Source of the DNA: a virus
Lineage: Duplodnaviria; Caudoviricetes
DNA: 50,983 nt
Reading direction: 5' to 3' (one strand)
IMG/VR virus record: IMGVR_UViG_3300034411_000277
Span: 1 to 50,983 of that record
Within the stretch, counting starts at the first letter, position 1. Each line of letters opens with the position of its first letter. Positions 9,715-18,817 of the stretch are shown here, piece by piece. A model generated the notes under the pieces. The model saw only the letters and a program-made list of their open reading frames with translations, searched no databases and had not been told where the DNA came from. Both the position numbers and the translations under genes were made by a program.

Positions 9715-11370
9715 TTACATATAGTCCCACATATAACTGCTAGACCCATACTCACTAGTTTCTGTCGTAGACCAGATAGTTCCATCGCTACCAACGAAAC
9801 TCTCATCCTCTGTTCCATCATTCATAAAACCGAAAGGAGCCATATCCTGTTCGATTTGGTTTTCTTTTTCATTATAAATCTCTTTGCGAACATCATTGTC
9901 CGTCATCTCGCGGAAGAAATCTTGCGCTACTGCCCAAGAGAAAATAACCATACACATAGCAAGGTCATCATTACATCCGTCTTCTGCGGCATATGAGTTG
10001 TTCCTAGAAATGAAAGTTGTTAGCTCTTGTACAATATTGAAATCTTCAAACATCAACTTGCGTTCTTCTACCAATGCCTTCAAGTTGGAGCAACCTAGCT
10101 TCTTAGTAGCTACACTCATTTTGACGCCTAGTTGAGTCTTGGTTCCACTGAAACCAGAGCCAAGCTGCTGACCAGCACGACCTCTCATCGCACACATCAT
10201 TACATTTGGATATTCTAGATCGTAGTTGAGGATAGATGCAACCTGATCACCAATATCATTGACTTCAATAAGGACGTGAGCCATATTGTATGCCTTAGCT
10301 GTCTTATTGATGACGCCAGGAAATACCATCGGCTTGATCTCATTATCCTTATACTTAGCTACTACTTTGTATGGGAATGATGTTGTATCAAACACAATGA
10401 AGGCAGAATAATCTTTACCAACGCCGCGAGCAACGTCGGCTGTTATCATATAACGATGCCCCTCTTGTGGTTCATAATACACATCAAAGTTGTCGTTTGA
10501 GCTGTCTGGATTCCTATATTCCATCGCACGTAGGGCTGATGGTGAGATTAGAGTATCAACAGATCCAATGAACTCACACTCAAACTCAACCTTGAACTGC
10601 TCTTCACTCGTGTTTTTGATAGTGGTCTCTTTCCACACGTCATCCCTACCAGGAACCTGCGACCAGTGAACCTCAATTGGATTGTAGTCATTCTTTCCCT
10701 TCTCAGCATCGTGCCACATTCGGTAGAAGTGGTTCATACCGTGTGGGGTAGAAACGATAATAACCTTCGTTGACTTACCAGAAGTAATGGTTGGATATAC
10801 AGAAGCGAAGAACGCATCAGCAATGTTGTTTTGAACGAACGCAAATTCGTCCAAGAAGATGATGTTGAACGACATACCACGAACGGCAGACGCTGATGTA
10901 GAAGCAGCTAGGATAGTGGAACCATTCTCAAGTTCAACAGAACCTTTGTTCCAGGAGATAATACCGTGCTGCATCCATTGAGGTAAGTTCTCATAAGCCA
11001 ACTGCAAACGTCCAAGAATCTCTCTCGCAGTGGACGCTTTGTTAGCTAGGATACCAATAGTAACGTTGTCGTTGAAAATTAGATAGTGTAGTAGGAATGC
11101 AACGCAAGTGGTAGACTTACCCGTCTGACGAGGCATTTTACAGATAGTAAATCTCTTCTCGTGGAAACTTCTAATAAGATCTTGCTGGAAGTCATACAAC
11201 TTGAACGGAATAACACCGTGGTCAAGAGATACAATCTTAATATAATTCAGAGCAAAATAAATGGGATCTTCTTTGCACCTGATAAACTCCATCACCTGTT
11301 CTCTTGTGAACTGAACAGGTACGTTCGTCTTCTTTAGATTGGGGTTACCAAGGTACTGGGTATCAGCCAT
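9715..11370 (-). CDS. gp17: Terminase large subunit gp17
   Basis: Walker A PRQTGKST, Walker B IIFLDEFAF, STPHG.NHFY, nuclease motifs ADVARG.G.DYSA and NDDLAM. Confidence 0.99.
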   Translation of the reverse strand: MADTQYLGNPNLKKTNVPVQFTREQVMEFIRCKEDPIYFALNYIKIVSLDHGVIPFKLYDFQQDLIRSFHEKRFTICKMPRQTGKSTTCVAFLLHYLIFNDNVTIGILANKASTAREILGRLQLAYENLPQWMQHGIISWNKGSVELENGSTILAASTSASAVRGMSFNIIFLDEFAFVQNNIADAFFASVYPTITSGKSTKVIIVSTPHGMNHFYRMWHDAEKGKNDYNPIEVHWSQVPGRDDVWKETTIKNTSEEQFKVEFECEFIGSVDTLISPSALRAMEYRNPDSSNDNFDVYYEPQEGHRYMITADVARGVGKDYSAFIVFDTTSFPYKVVAKYKDNEIKPMVFPGVINKTAKAYNMAHVLIEVNDIGDQVASILNYDLEYPNVMMCAMRGRAGQQLGSGFSGTKTQLGVKMSVATKKLGCSNLKALVEERKLMFEDFNIVQELTTFISRNNSYAAEDGCNDDLAMCMVIFSWAVAQDFFREMTDNDVRKEIYNEKENQIEQDMAPFGFMNDGTEDESFVGSDGTIWSTTETSEYGSSSYMWDYM

Positions 11371-11373
11371 AAT

Positions 11374-11400
11374 AAAAAAGCTCCTATGTTATGTAGGAGC
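11374..11400 (-). terminator. Terminator-like hairpin overlapping the g17 ribosome binding site
   Basis: GCTCCTA-CATAACA-TAGGAGC-TTTTTT-ATT-ATG; AGGAG lies in the 3' arm. Confidence 0.65.
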
Positions 11401-11406
11401 CTTTTA

Positions 11407-12294
11407 TTATTCTACTATCGTAATGAAACTAGGAGAAGCAGCTACTGAGTGAGCAAAACCAAAGGAGTCTACCCATCTAGTTCTACCTCTAATATCAAAC
11501 CCAATATCATCCTCCTGGACAACATAAGTTAGACCATTTGCAGCACCAAAACGCCTAAAGGTATTGGAGGGAGCACCAGTTTTCCTCCTTATCCATTCAT
11601 ATGCTTTCGTATATGGTCCAATTCCACCAATAATAGTTGACTCGGTTTGAGTTATTGTGCTCCCAACCAGACCAGTTCCGGTAAGGGTACCATTCGCAGC
11701 CTTAGTCATTTTAGGCTGAACTTGTATTGAAGTTGCGGTACCAGGAATAATGACTGGGGTTGTGTTGTCTCTATCACTAATACGGGTGTTAGCTCTGATC
11801 CTCATCCCCTGTTCATTGGTGGACAACTCCCTTTGAGCAGCTACAGCAATTACCCAAGGAGTGAAGCCTTCCCATACTCCAGGTGAAGTTTCTCTTTGGA
11901 GCTGTGCCTCATATGTAACAGGTGGAACTCCACCACTAAACTGCGAGGCTACAGCATAAATGACTCTGCCGACAACTAAACCGTCTGGGGCAAATATTTG
12001 ACCAGCAGTACCTGGAACCAATGGACCGGGCGAAACGACTGGGTCATTGTCCTCATCCATTCGCACGTACTCGTCCTTTGGAACGATCTGGTTTCCTTCT
12101 CCGTGAGGAACATACGGTAGGGGGGTTCTTGGATTGTCGTCAGCATCTCTTGCGACGTAATCCGCATTAAAATTCTTGTATGGTTTGGAGTCCCACCCCA
12201 GACCTGGGTCTGAGGTGTCTTGTGTTGACCCTGGCTGGGGAACTACTGGATTGCCGTCGGCATCGTAGCGTACATAGTTCTCATTGCTTGCCAT
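11407..12294 (-). CDS. Hypothetical protein with N-terminal acidic repeats and two putative Ig-like modules
   Basis: Repeats YVRYDADGNP / YVARDADDNP / YVRMDEDNDP; C-terminal Y.W.R...TY.V...DIG..I pattern; TAAATA at 12324-12329. Confidence 0.75.
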   Translation of the reverse strand: MASNENYVRYDADGNPVVPQPGSTQDTSDPGLGWDSKPYKNFNADYVARDADDNPRTPLPYVPHGEGNQIVPKDEYVRMDEDNDPVVSPGPLVPGTAGQIFAPDGLVVGRVIYAVASQFSGGVPPVTYEAQLQRETSPGVWEGFTPWVIAVAAQRELSTNEQGMRIRANTRISDRDNTTPVIIPGTATSIQVQPKMTKAANGTLTGTGLVGSTITQTESTIIGGIGPYTKAYEWIRRKTGAPSNTFRRFGAANGLTYVVQEDDIGFDIRGRTRWVDSFGFAHSVAASPSFITIVE

Positions 12295-12326
12295 CAGTGG
12301 ACCATTATATTACTTCTATGTTTTAT

Positions 12327-12422
12327 TTATTGCCTAGAAAATTTGACTAGGATAGCTGTAAAAACTGCCGCGCCGTAGACTGCGAATAATGTTGGTGCGT
12401 TCATTGTAGTAACCGATACCAT
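12327..12422 (-). CDS. Putative 31-aa membrane peptide (absent from ORF track)
   Basis: MVSVTTMNAPTLFAVYGAAVFTAILVKFSRQ; TAAATA at 12427-12432; second ATG (MNAP) is an alternative start. Confidence 0.5.
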   Translation of the reverse strand: MVSVTTMNAPTLFAVYGAAVFTAILVKFSRQ

Positions 12423-12453
12423 ACTCTATTTACTCATCTCACATAACATAACG

Positions 12454-12564
12454 TTACTTATGTGGTGTAATCAAGATAAGTCCCAAAACTGGGATTACTA
12501 TGAGTAGGTAACATAGGAGACCTAGGAACCAAGTGTGCTGCAATGCTGTGAATAGAATATTCAT
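12454..12564 (-). CDS. Putative 36-aa membrane peptide (absent from ORF track)
   Basis: MNILFTALQHTWFLGLLCYLLIVIPVLGLILITPHK; one hydrophobic segment. Confidence 0.6.
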   Translation of the reverse strand: MNILFTALQHTWFLGLLCYLLIVIPVLGLILITPHK

Positions 12565-12630
12565 TTCATCAGTAGTGATTTCTACTAATTATAGTAATCG
12601 ACTACCCCATATGCTACATTTATGGGAGTT

Positions 12631-13596
12631 TCAGCATTTCCACCTTTTACGAGCCTTACAGATAGGCTTGTCGGGTGTACTACTACAGTCTATATTGTGC
12701 ATATCCTGCTGACCTTTTGATCGGTCACAGTAGTTTTTTCTTCTGTCGGCATCCTTACTGCCCTTTTTTGGATTACCTGTTACAGCACCCTGCAATTTAG
12801 AACCTGGATTCTCGCGGCGATAAGCTTTGATGGAGTCTTTACCCATACCATCTACCTTATCGCCCTTATTCTTTTTTGACCAATCCTCCTTCAACTTACC
12901 TTTGAGTTTATTCTTCAAAGACTTCATTTTGGATAATGGCTCACTGTGGTTTTTGGCTTTGGAGTGAATCGTATCAGCTTGTTTGGCTTTCTTCTCAGCC
13001 TTCTGCATACTGATCTGATCTTCTATGGTTCCTTCACCAGCCGCACCAGACGTCGCTGCGTGCTTCACAGCGGAGAGAATCTTCTTTCCTGCCTTCATAC
13101 CCATCTTACGCTTAGGAAGGTCCTTATATCCCTCCGTAGCCATCTGCTGACGCCATCCGGTCATAGGTTCGGGTTGAATTAGATCTACAACCTCAGCAAA
13201 CTTATTACCATCAGCATCAAGGATCTCTACGGATTCCTTCTTCATCTTTGCCTTTGTCTGCTCCTTACGCTTATCTGCGAAGTTATCAGCTAAAGCTTTA
13301 AATCTTTTTCTATAGTCTGGGTCAGTCTCAATACGTGACTTACCTTCAGCACAAAACTCAGCGAAAGACTTACCCTCCTTCACGCAATTGGGAACTTCTT
13401 TACCGTCTTTCTTTTTAGTACCTTTGGCTTTATATCCATCCCAACAGGTATCGGCACCCACATTCTTGCGAGCTTTCTTTAGACCTTCACCAATGTCAAG
13501 TGTCTCTGGATAATCTTTGCTGCCCTTTTTGGCGGGGGATTCACCGCGCTTACGTTTAGCGTGGATATTATCCCATAGACCCTTCTTCTTAGCCAT
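12631..13596 (-). CDS. Lys-rich modular protein, DUF6321-like C-terminus; putative internal head protein
   Basis: Modules GLWDNIHAKRKRGE, CWDGYKAKGTKKK..K.VPNCVKE, RRKNYCDRSKGQ...KARKRWKC; TAAATA at 13694-13699. Confidence 0.75.
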   Translation of the reverse strand: MAKKKGLWDNIHAKRKRGESPAKKGSKDYPETLDIGEGLKKARKNVGADTCWDGYKAKGTKKKDGKEVPNCVKEGKSFAEFCAEGKSRIETDPDYRKRFKALADNFADKRKEQTKAKMKKESVEILDADGNKFAEVVDLIQPEPMTGWRQQMATEGYKDLPKRKMGMKAGKKILSAVKHAATSGAAGEGTIEDQISMQKAEKKAKQADTIHSKAKNHSEPLSKMKSLKNKLKGKLKEDWSKKNKGDKVDGMGKDSIKAYRRENPGSKLQGAVTGNPKKGSKDADRRKNYCDRSKGQQDMHNIDCSSTPDKPICKARKRWKC

Positions 13597-13696
13597 ATCT
13601 AATAACAGGATTTAATAAAATGATTCGAAAGGTTATACCAGACGGTATCGACGACATATATTGTCGTCCGAAATTATATTACCTTTCTGTGATTAT

Positions 13697-14110
13697 TTAG
13701 TCGTAAGTCTTTTTACCACCTTTTAGATACCCAGATCCCTTAGCATCATAGAAACGAACGCCCTTACGCATACGCTGAACTGCTAACTCATCCTTACGGT
13801 CTTTGTCGCCTTGACGCTTCTTAGCATCAGCAGCAGCAGCTCGGAATGAATCAAGATTCTTCTTTTTCTTCTCTGAAGACATACCCTGCATTGACTTGTC
13901 TGCATCGGTAGGTTCCTTAGGCATCTTGATGGCTTCGGACATACCACCACCTTCACCGGATGATTCAATTGGGGAGTCTGGATCCATACCGTGGTCGTCA
14001 CTATGATCTTCTAGACCATAATAACCTTTCTTGGCTTTCTTGGGACACTTACAGTCGTCTCCCATACCTTCACACTCTTTACAGCGCTTTTCTTTCTTTT
14101 CTTTAGCCAT
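13697..14110 (-). CDS. Hypothetical charged protein
   Basis: 137 aa, N-terminal CKEC...C.C, C-terminal KGVRFYDAKGSGYLKGGKK. Confidence 0.75.
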   Translation of the reverse strand: MAKEKKEKRCKECEGMGDDCKCPKKAKKGYYGLEDHSDDHGMDPDSPIESSGEGGGMSEAIKMPKEPTDADKSMQGMSSEKKKKNLDSFRAAAADAKKRQGDKDRKDELAVQRMRKGVRFYDAKGSGYLKGGKKTYD

Positions 14111-14113
14111 TGT

Positions 14114-14575
14114 TCAAACCTCAGGTAGTTTATTAGACATAATTCCCTCTTTGATCATTTTCTGCAAATCAGAAGTTGACCCAACAAAGACGGAGTTATT
14201 GGTGACATTTGTTTGATTGTTAGTGATGTTTTCAGCATCAATGTCTTTGAGTTTCTTTTGAAGGTCAATGAGCTTTTCAGCGACCTCTGAGACGTTCTTG
14301 ATGCCGTTGATTGCTACTTCATATGAGCGAGCACTGTCGCCCTCATTAGCAAGCTCTAAGGCACCGTTGACGGCTTCCTGCCCCTTTTCGATTAGGCTGT
14401 ATAGCTGAGCACGTGAGTACTCATAATCTTTTTGTTTGTCGGACATAGTAGATTTACCTGATGATTTTTCTATGGAAGTTTCATCAGTTACATTAACTAA
14501 GTCGTGATGCTTCGGTGTAGGAGCAGCACTTGACTCTATATCCAGAGCCTCATCGATGGAATCAAAGTTACTCAT
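14114..14575 (-). CDS. gp16: Terminase small subunit gp16
   Basis: DYEYSRAQLYSLIEKGQEA, RSYEV, NNSVFVGSTSDLQKM. Confidence 0.95.
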   Translation of the reverse strand: MSNFDSIDEALDIESSAAPTPKHHDLVNVTDETSIEKSSGKSTMSDKQKDYEYSRAQLYSLIEKGQEAVNGALELANEGDSARSYEVAINGIKNVSEVAEKLIDLQKKLKDIDAENITNNQTNVTNNSVFVGSTSDLQKMIKEGIMSNKLPEV

Positions 14576-15372
14576 GGGGTGTAATCCTCATTTTGTGTAG
14601 GACTATAAACTTTGGAGTCGTAGTAAACTACTGTCTCCTCACTGAAACCAAAATCATCATCTGGACCAGCATCGATTGGGTCTGGTTGAACAGTATAGCG
14701 AACCTCTCTTGGAGCAGTACGCTTTGTGTCCATATGATAATCAACCTGTACCTTGCGGATGAGACCGTCGCCAGTATCGTCCACAGGACCAAATAGATAG
14801 GTCTTGGCTGTAAAGTTCAAAGTATATAGTAAAAGTCTTCTCGTAGAGAAGTCACCTTCATAGTCATCACTAAAGGTAATTGAGTCTAAAACAATGGGAA
14901 TGTCCCTCTTTTCACCAATAGTATCTACTAAATCTACTGTGATATTGAATGATGGTTGAAAATAAGGAAGAATCTGCTCAACGATTTGTAGAGCATCCTC
15001 ATTCATTTTCGCCATAATGTTCATCTCAATACCTACATTGTAAGGTACCGGTAGGTATACCTTTTGTAGTTTCTCACCTTGATCGGTGGTTTTGAACATT
15101 TTTGTGGGCTGAGTCTTTCTGGTTCCATCATAACTGAGGGAAGTCATTTCAAAAGACATTCTAGGTAGCGTGAGTTGAGTAGGCTGATCTAACTCTGCCT
15201 GCTGCTCAAGCCTAGCCAAAAACTTCTGTATAGGTCCATATGCAAGAGGGACCTTCATTTCGTTTATGACGTTCTGCTTTTTATCCACCCTCTGGATACG
15301 CATATCCCTGAACAAGTTGCCGAAGCCGACAATTGTTCGCTTGAAGATTTCGTGATAAAAATACTCGCCCAC
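14572..15372 (-). CDS. gp15: Tail sheath stabilizer / terminator gp15
   Basis: YFYHEI....VGFG.LF, VPLAYGP.QKFL, LPRMSFE, QIVEQILPYFQP; GTG start. Confidence 0.96.
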   Translation of the reverse strand: MGEYFYHEIFKRTIVGFGNLFRDMRIQRVDKKQNVINEMKVPLAYGPIQKFLARLEQQAELDQPTQLTLPRMSFEMTSLSYDGTRKTQPTKMFKTTDQGEKLQKVYLPVPYNVGIEMNIMAKMNEDALQIVEQILPYFQPSFNITVDLVDTIGEKRDIPIVLDSITFSDDYEGDFSTRRLLLYTLNFTAKTYLFGPVDDTGDGLIRKVQVDYHMDTKRTAPREVRYTVQPDPIDAGPDDDFGFSEETVVYYDSKVYSPTQNEDYTP

Positions 15373-15384
15373 AATAGTTACCTA

Positions 15385-15414
15385 GTGATAGATATAATAT
15401 TATATATTTATCAC
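15385..15414 (-). promoter_or_regulatory. Late promoter TAAATA (15405-15410) inside an inverted repeat upstream of g15
   Basis: GTGATAGATATA (15385-15396) / TATATTTATCAC (15403-15414), 11 of 12 pairs. Confidence 0.7.
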
Positions 15415-16883
15415 ATTTCGCCAAACGGGTCTTCTGGATTGAAATCTTCTTCTTCAATGCGGAATGATTCTGGGGAGAATTGGTTGAATTCCGTCTTGTC
15501 TACAACAACGTCAGCGATGTCTTCAATCTCATCATTCTGTGAGTAAGCATCCTGAATTGTCTGATCTTCACTGTAACTCTTGACTGAATACTTAGCACCA
15601 CTGGTCTCACCAACGATTGTCTCGCTTGGTGTGAAGAATACGGTATCAGCTTCTGGATCTAGGTTGGTGATCTGTAACTGCATCGTGGTTTGATCCCATC
15701 CACGGACACGTGCTCTGGTACCAGATGACTTACCAACGATAATCTCATTGTACTTATAGGTGCCTTCACCAGCCATTGCAGGCTCAGATACAACAGCAAA
15801 AGCACTCTCATCCAAGTTCTCACCTGGGTTTGTAATGACTGCCTTAGCAATCTTATTACCATTAGTTAGTGCTAAGCCCTGAGCTACGATGTTATTATTA
15901 GCATCATAGATGATGATATCAGCATCCTCGGAGTAACCAGCACCGCTCTCGGTAACTGTTAGCTCAACAACACCAAAACCAGTACCAAGACCAGCTCTAA
16001 TGATGGAACCAGTTCCACCACCACCCTTAGCGATGACGCGTGGTGCCTCGGAGTAACCAGCACCACTATTGAATACGATCAATTGCTTGATTGCAGGGGT
16101 ATCGATATTGGTATCTGGGGCAGTAAGTAGAGCAACAACGTCTGGATCAATACCAACTTCGGGTGGATCAATTACAATAGTTGGGGTTGATGTATAGTTA
16201 TTTCCTTCATTTAGTATCTTAATTTCTTTGATATATCCTGTTCCCAAGCCAACTTCTACCTCTGCTCTATTGGAAAGAGGTACTAAATCTAATGTTGTGA
16301 TATATCCTTTGCTTAGAATGGTACTATCGATCTCATCAATCGTAGTTTCTAGTACTTCATCCTCGTATTCGAATAGCTCACACTGCAATTCGTATGTATA
16401 GCCGGTGCCTAACTGATAGAATGGCTGCTCGTGCTCTACAAATTTGATCTCAAAAAGTCTTCTGCCTAGTGGGAAGTATATTAAGTCCCCCTCTCTAGGT
16501 CTGTGGATTGTTGGTAATGTATTGTCGTTTATCTTAGACGCCATCAAGAATAGCATCCTTGAATTCATAAATGGCGCAATATAGTTCTCATATCTCTCTC
16601 GGGATATGGTCAGGGTGACTTCGTCCTTTACTTGGATACCAAATTTGGACATAATGTCGCCCTGACCACCATACCCATCAAAGTTATTGAGGTAGGACTC
16701 AATAACAAAATAGGACCTGAACTCGGAAGATGTAATCTCCCTCATAATGGACGCATCCCTTACAAACTCTCTAGGAATGTAAAAAACATCCATCCCGTGC
16801 ATACGGATCTGTTCGTTGATCAGATCCTGTACGAGATTTTGCTCAGAAGTTGAGCCGTGAAGAAAGAAGGGATTGACGACCAT
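15411..16883 (-). CDS. gp14: Neck protein gp14
   Basis: NPFFL.G..SEQ.L.QDL.NEQI, RPREGDLIYFP, FEIKFVEHEQPFYQLG; internal G.GY...P repeats. Confidence 0.95.
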   Translation of the reverse strand: MVVNPFFLHGSTSEQNLVQDLINEQIRMHGMDVFYIPREFVRDASIMREITSSEFRSYFVIESYLNNFDGYGGQGDIMSKFGIQVKDEVTLTISRERYENYIAPFMNSRMLFLMASKINDNTLPTIHRPREGDLIYFPLGRRLFEIKFVEHEQPFYQLGTGYTYELQCELFEYEDEVLETTIDEIDSTILSKGYITTLDLVPLSNRAEVEVGLGTGYIKEIKILNEGNNYTSTPTIVIDPPEVGIDPDVVALLTAPDTNIDTPAIKQLIVFNSGAGYSEAPRVIAKGGGGTGSIIRAGLGTGFGVVELTVTESGAGYSEDADIIIYDANNNIVAQGLALTNGNKIAKAVITNPGENLDESAFAVVSEPAMAGEGTYKYNEIIVGKSSGTRARVRGWDQTTMQLQITNLDPEADTVFFTPSETIVGETSGAKYSVKSYSEDQTIQDAYSQNDEIEDIADVVVDKTEFNQFSPESFRIEEEDFNPEDPFGEM

Positions 16884-16888
16884 TTTAT

Positions 16889-17776
16889 TCAGCCAATAAA
16901 GTCGAGAGGTGGAAGTTCGTATGCACTAGACATATCCTGCTTGATTTCTTCAAGCTCTTTTACGCCATCATCATATATCTCTCTGCCGTTCATTTCGATA
17001 CCGCCAGGTAGCTTTACTCCCCTAAACTTGATTAGGTTCTGACCCCATTGCTTCTTGATAGCAGCAACTAGGTACTTCTTTACCCAACTGTCATTGTATA
17101 CCTGGCAGAAATGCTCAGGATCAAGTGCTCTATAGCACTCAATTACAATAACATCACCCGCAGAAAGGCGATTCCAGTTTATATCTAGGTATAATCTATC
17201 CATACGCTTGTTGAAACGAATGGGAGCAGAAGGATTGAACATAAAGTTGTATGTTTCAAACCATTGCTTAGTCATATAGTAGTCGGTTAGACCACCACCG
17301 CCAAACATACCCATACCACTCATAACACCACCAATACCGCCAGCATAGGGGACAGCGGCACCAGGACCTAGGATACCCAAACCGGGTATTCCAAGTGAAG
17401 CGGATCCAGTTGCTTCGGGTGGAACCATTACTTTCTCGATTCCGATGATATGATCGGGAATCTGAATGTAATTTGAGTTTTCAATATAGGTGTTAGTAGT
17501 TACACCAACGTCACCAGCATATGTTTGAGATGCTGATGATAGTTGTGGGTTAGTAAATGGATCGAAATCATTACCGCGATTGATATCCTCCTCGGTAAAG
17601 GCGTACTTTAGATAAGTACGGATAACGCCATCGTAGTGCCTCTCCTGGAAGTGCTGGATGGTGTCGTCAAGAATATCATCCAGTTGCTCATCTGCAACGT
17701 TGATTTCTAATACAGGGGCACCTAGACGCCTTAGAGCGTAGTCTACTAACTCTTGTCTGGAAGATGGTTTAGCCAT
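16889..17776 (-). CDS. gp13: Neck protein gp13
   Basis: P.SRQEL.DY.LRRLGAPVLEINV, KQWGQNLIKF.GVKLPGG, YELPPLDFIG. Confidence 0.96.
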   Translation of the reverse strand: MAKPSSRQELVDYALRRLGAPVLEINVADEQLDDILDDTIQHFQERHYDGVIRTYLKYAFTEEDINRGNDFDPFTNPQLSSASQTYAGDVGVTTNTYIENSNYIQIPDHIIGIEKVMVPPEATGSASLGIPGLGILGPGAAVPYAGGIGGVMSGMGMFGGGGLTDYYMTKQWFETYNFMFNPSAPIRFNKRMDRLYLDINWNRLSAGDVIVIECYRALDPEHFCQVYNDSWVKKYLVAAIKKQWGQNLIKFRGVKLPGGIEMNGREIYDDGVKELEEIKQDMSSAYELPPLDFIG

Positions 17777-18033
17777 TAGAAGCTACCCCCATCAAGAGTA
17801 TCTGTGAAACCTGTGTTTTTTGTCTCTGGATCTACTGTAAGAATACAAGTAGAACTTGGAAGGGTGCAGTCATCAACCTTAGGTGTGAAGATTTCTCCAT
17901 TCCAGACTGGAACTGATCCGGTACCAATACCACTAAAATCGGTATCAGTTAGCCCTTCAAGAGAAGATGGAACACCGTTTGAGATAACACGGACAACATT
18001 GCGTTGCCCAAGCTGGTCTAATAGGTTCGCCAT
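17776..18033 (-). CDS. Small putative virion protein
   Basis: 85 aa ending in LDGGSF; overlaps both neighbours by one base. Confidence 0.65.
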   Translation of the reverse strand: MANLLDQLGQRNVVRVISNGVPSSLEGLTDTDFSGIGTGSVPVWNGEIFTPKVDDCTLPSSTCILTVDPETKNTGFTDTLDGGSF

Positions 18034-18563
18034 CAGTTACTCCTCTCATTATCTTTGTTACCTGGGTTAGTTTGTACCCACTGTGCTGAATCTTCATCAA
18101 CATAGTAGATGTACATACGCCCATCTTCGGAATTCCACCATAGATTTCCTGCGATTGGGTTCTCCGGTGGAGTAATACCAATGGAAACTGGTGGATTGGA
18201 TGGCTTGATTACGCCGCTTTGCATGTCGGTTACTCCTGGGTTGACTAGAGCCATACCTTCAACAACACGATAAACTTTGTTATCCGTATTACTAATAAGG
18301 ACAACATCATATACATACCTGCCCTCTTTGAGAGCAGAAGTTTGTATGGCGTTAAGCTTTATTATAATTTCACCCCTTTTTGGGTTAGCAATGAAAACAT
18401 CAAACTCCACACCGAATTTTGCCCCGGCGTGTTTTCTTAGTTGACCAAAACCCCTAAACGTAGTTAGGTTAATGGGGACTGAAGTTCCTGCGTCGTCAAG
18501 CTTGAAACTAGAAGAAAAATCAGTACCTTGATCAATAGTAATGTTTGATACGTAGGCACCCAT
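18033..18563 (-). CDS. Putative virion structural protein (BppU-like N-terminal domain)
   Basis: NITIDQGTDF...L...QTSAL..GRYVYDV...RVVEG; C-terminal G.LWWNSEDGRMYIYY.D.DS.QWV module; TAAATA at 18590-18595. Confidence 0.75.
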   Translation of the reverse strand: MGAYVSNITIDQGTDFSSSFKLDDAGTSVPINLTTFRGFGQLRKHAGAKFGVEFDVFIANPKRGEIIIKLNAIQTSALKEGRYVYDVVLISNTDNKVYRVVEGMALVNPGVTDMQSGVIKPSNPPVSIGITPPENPIAGNLWWNSEDGRMYIYYVDEDSAQWVQTNPGNKDNERSN

Positions 18564-18588
18564 AGGACTTAGTATAGTCTTTACAAAT

Positions 18589-18816
18589 CTATTTAGCCTC
18601 TAGTGCCTTTCGCACTAGTTCTCGCAACTCCTCTATCTCACTTCTTGCCTCCAAAAGCTGAGATGATAGGGAATTGATTTGATCGTCTTTTATTTTTGTG
18701 GAATTTTTCTTTTTTAGGTATGCACGGTAAGCTGCTTCGTCATTATTGACGATATTACCGTGCTCATTGCGGTAGAGGTTGTTGTATCCCTCTACCCTTA
18801 GCAGTTTCTTTTCCAT
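18589..18816 (-). CDS. Hypothetical protein with coiled-coil C-terminus
   Basis: 75 aa, VEG..NLYR...G.IVN.D...Y..Y; directly follows the VrlC-like gene. Confidence 0.8.
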   Translation of the reverse strand: MEKKLLRVEGYNNLYRNEHGNIVNNDEAAYRAYLKKKNSTKIKDDQINSLSSQLLEARSEIEELRELVRKALEAK

Positions 18817-18817
18817 T

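Noticed and set aside
9715-11370. Intein, intron or homing endonuclease in g17, g20 or g23
   Set aside because: These genes are continuous and of ordinary length, with no splicing or endonuclease motifs.
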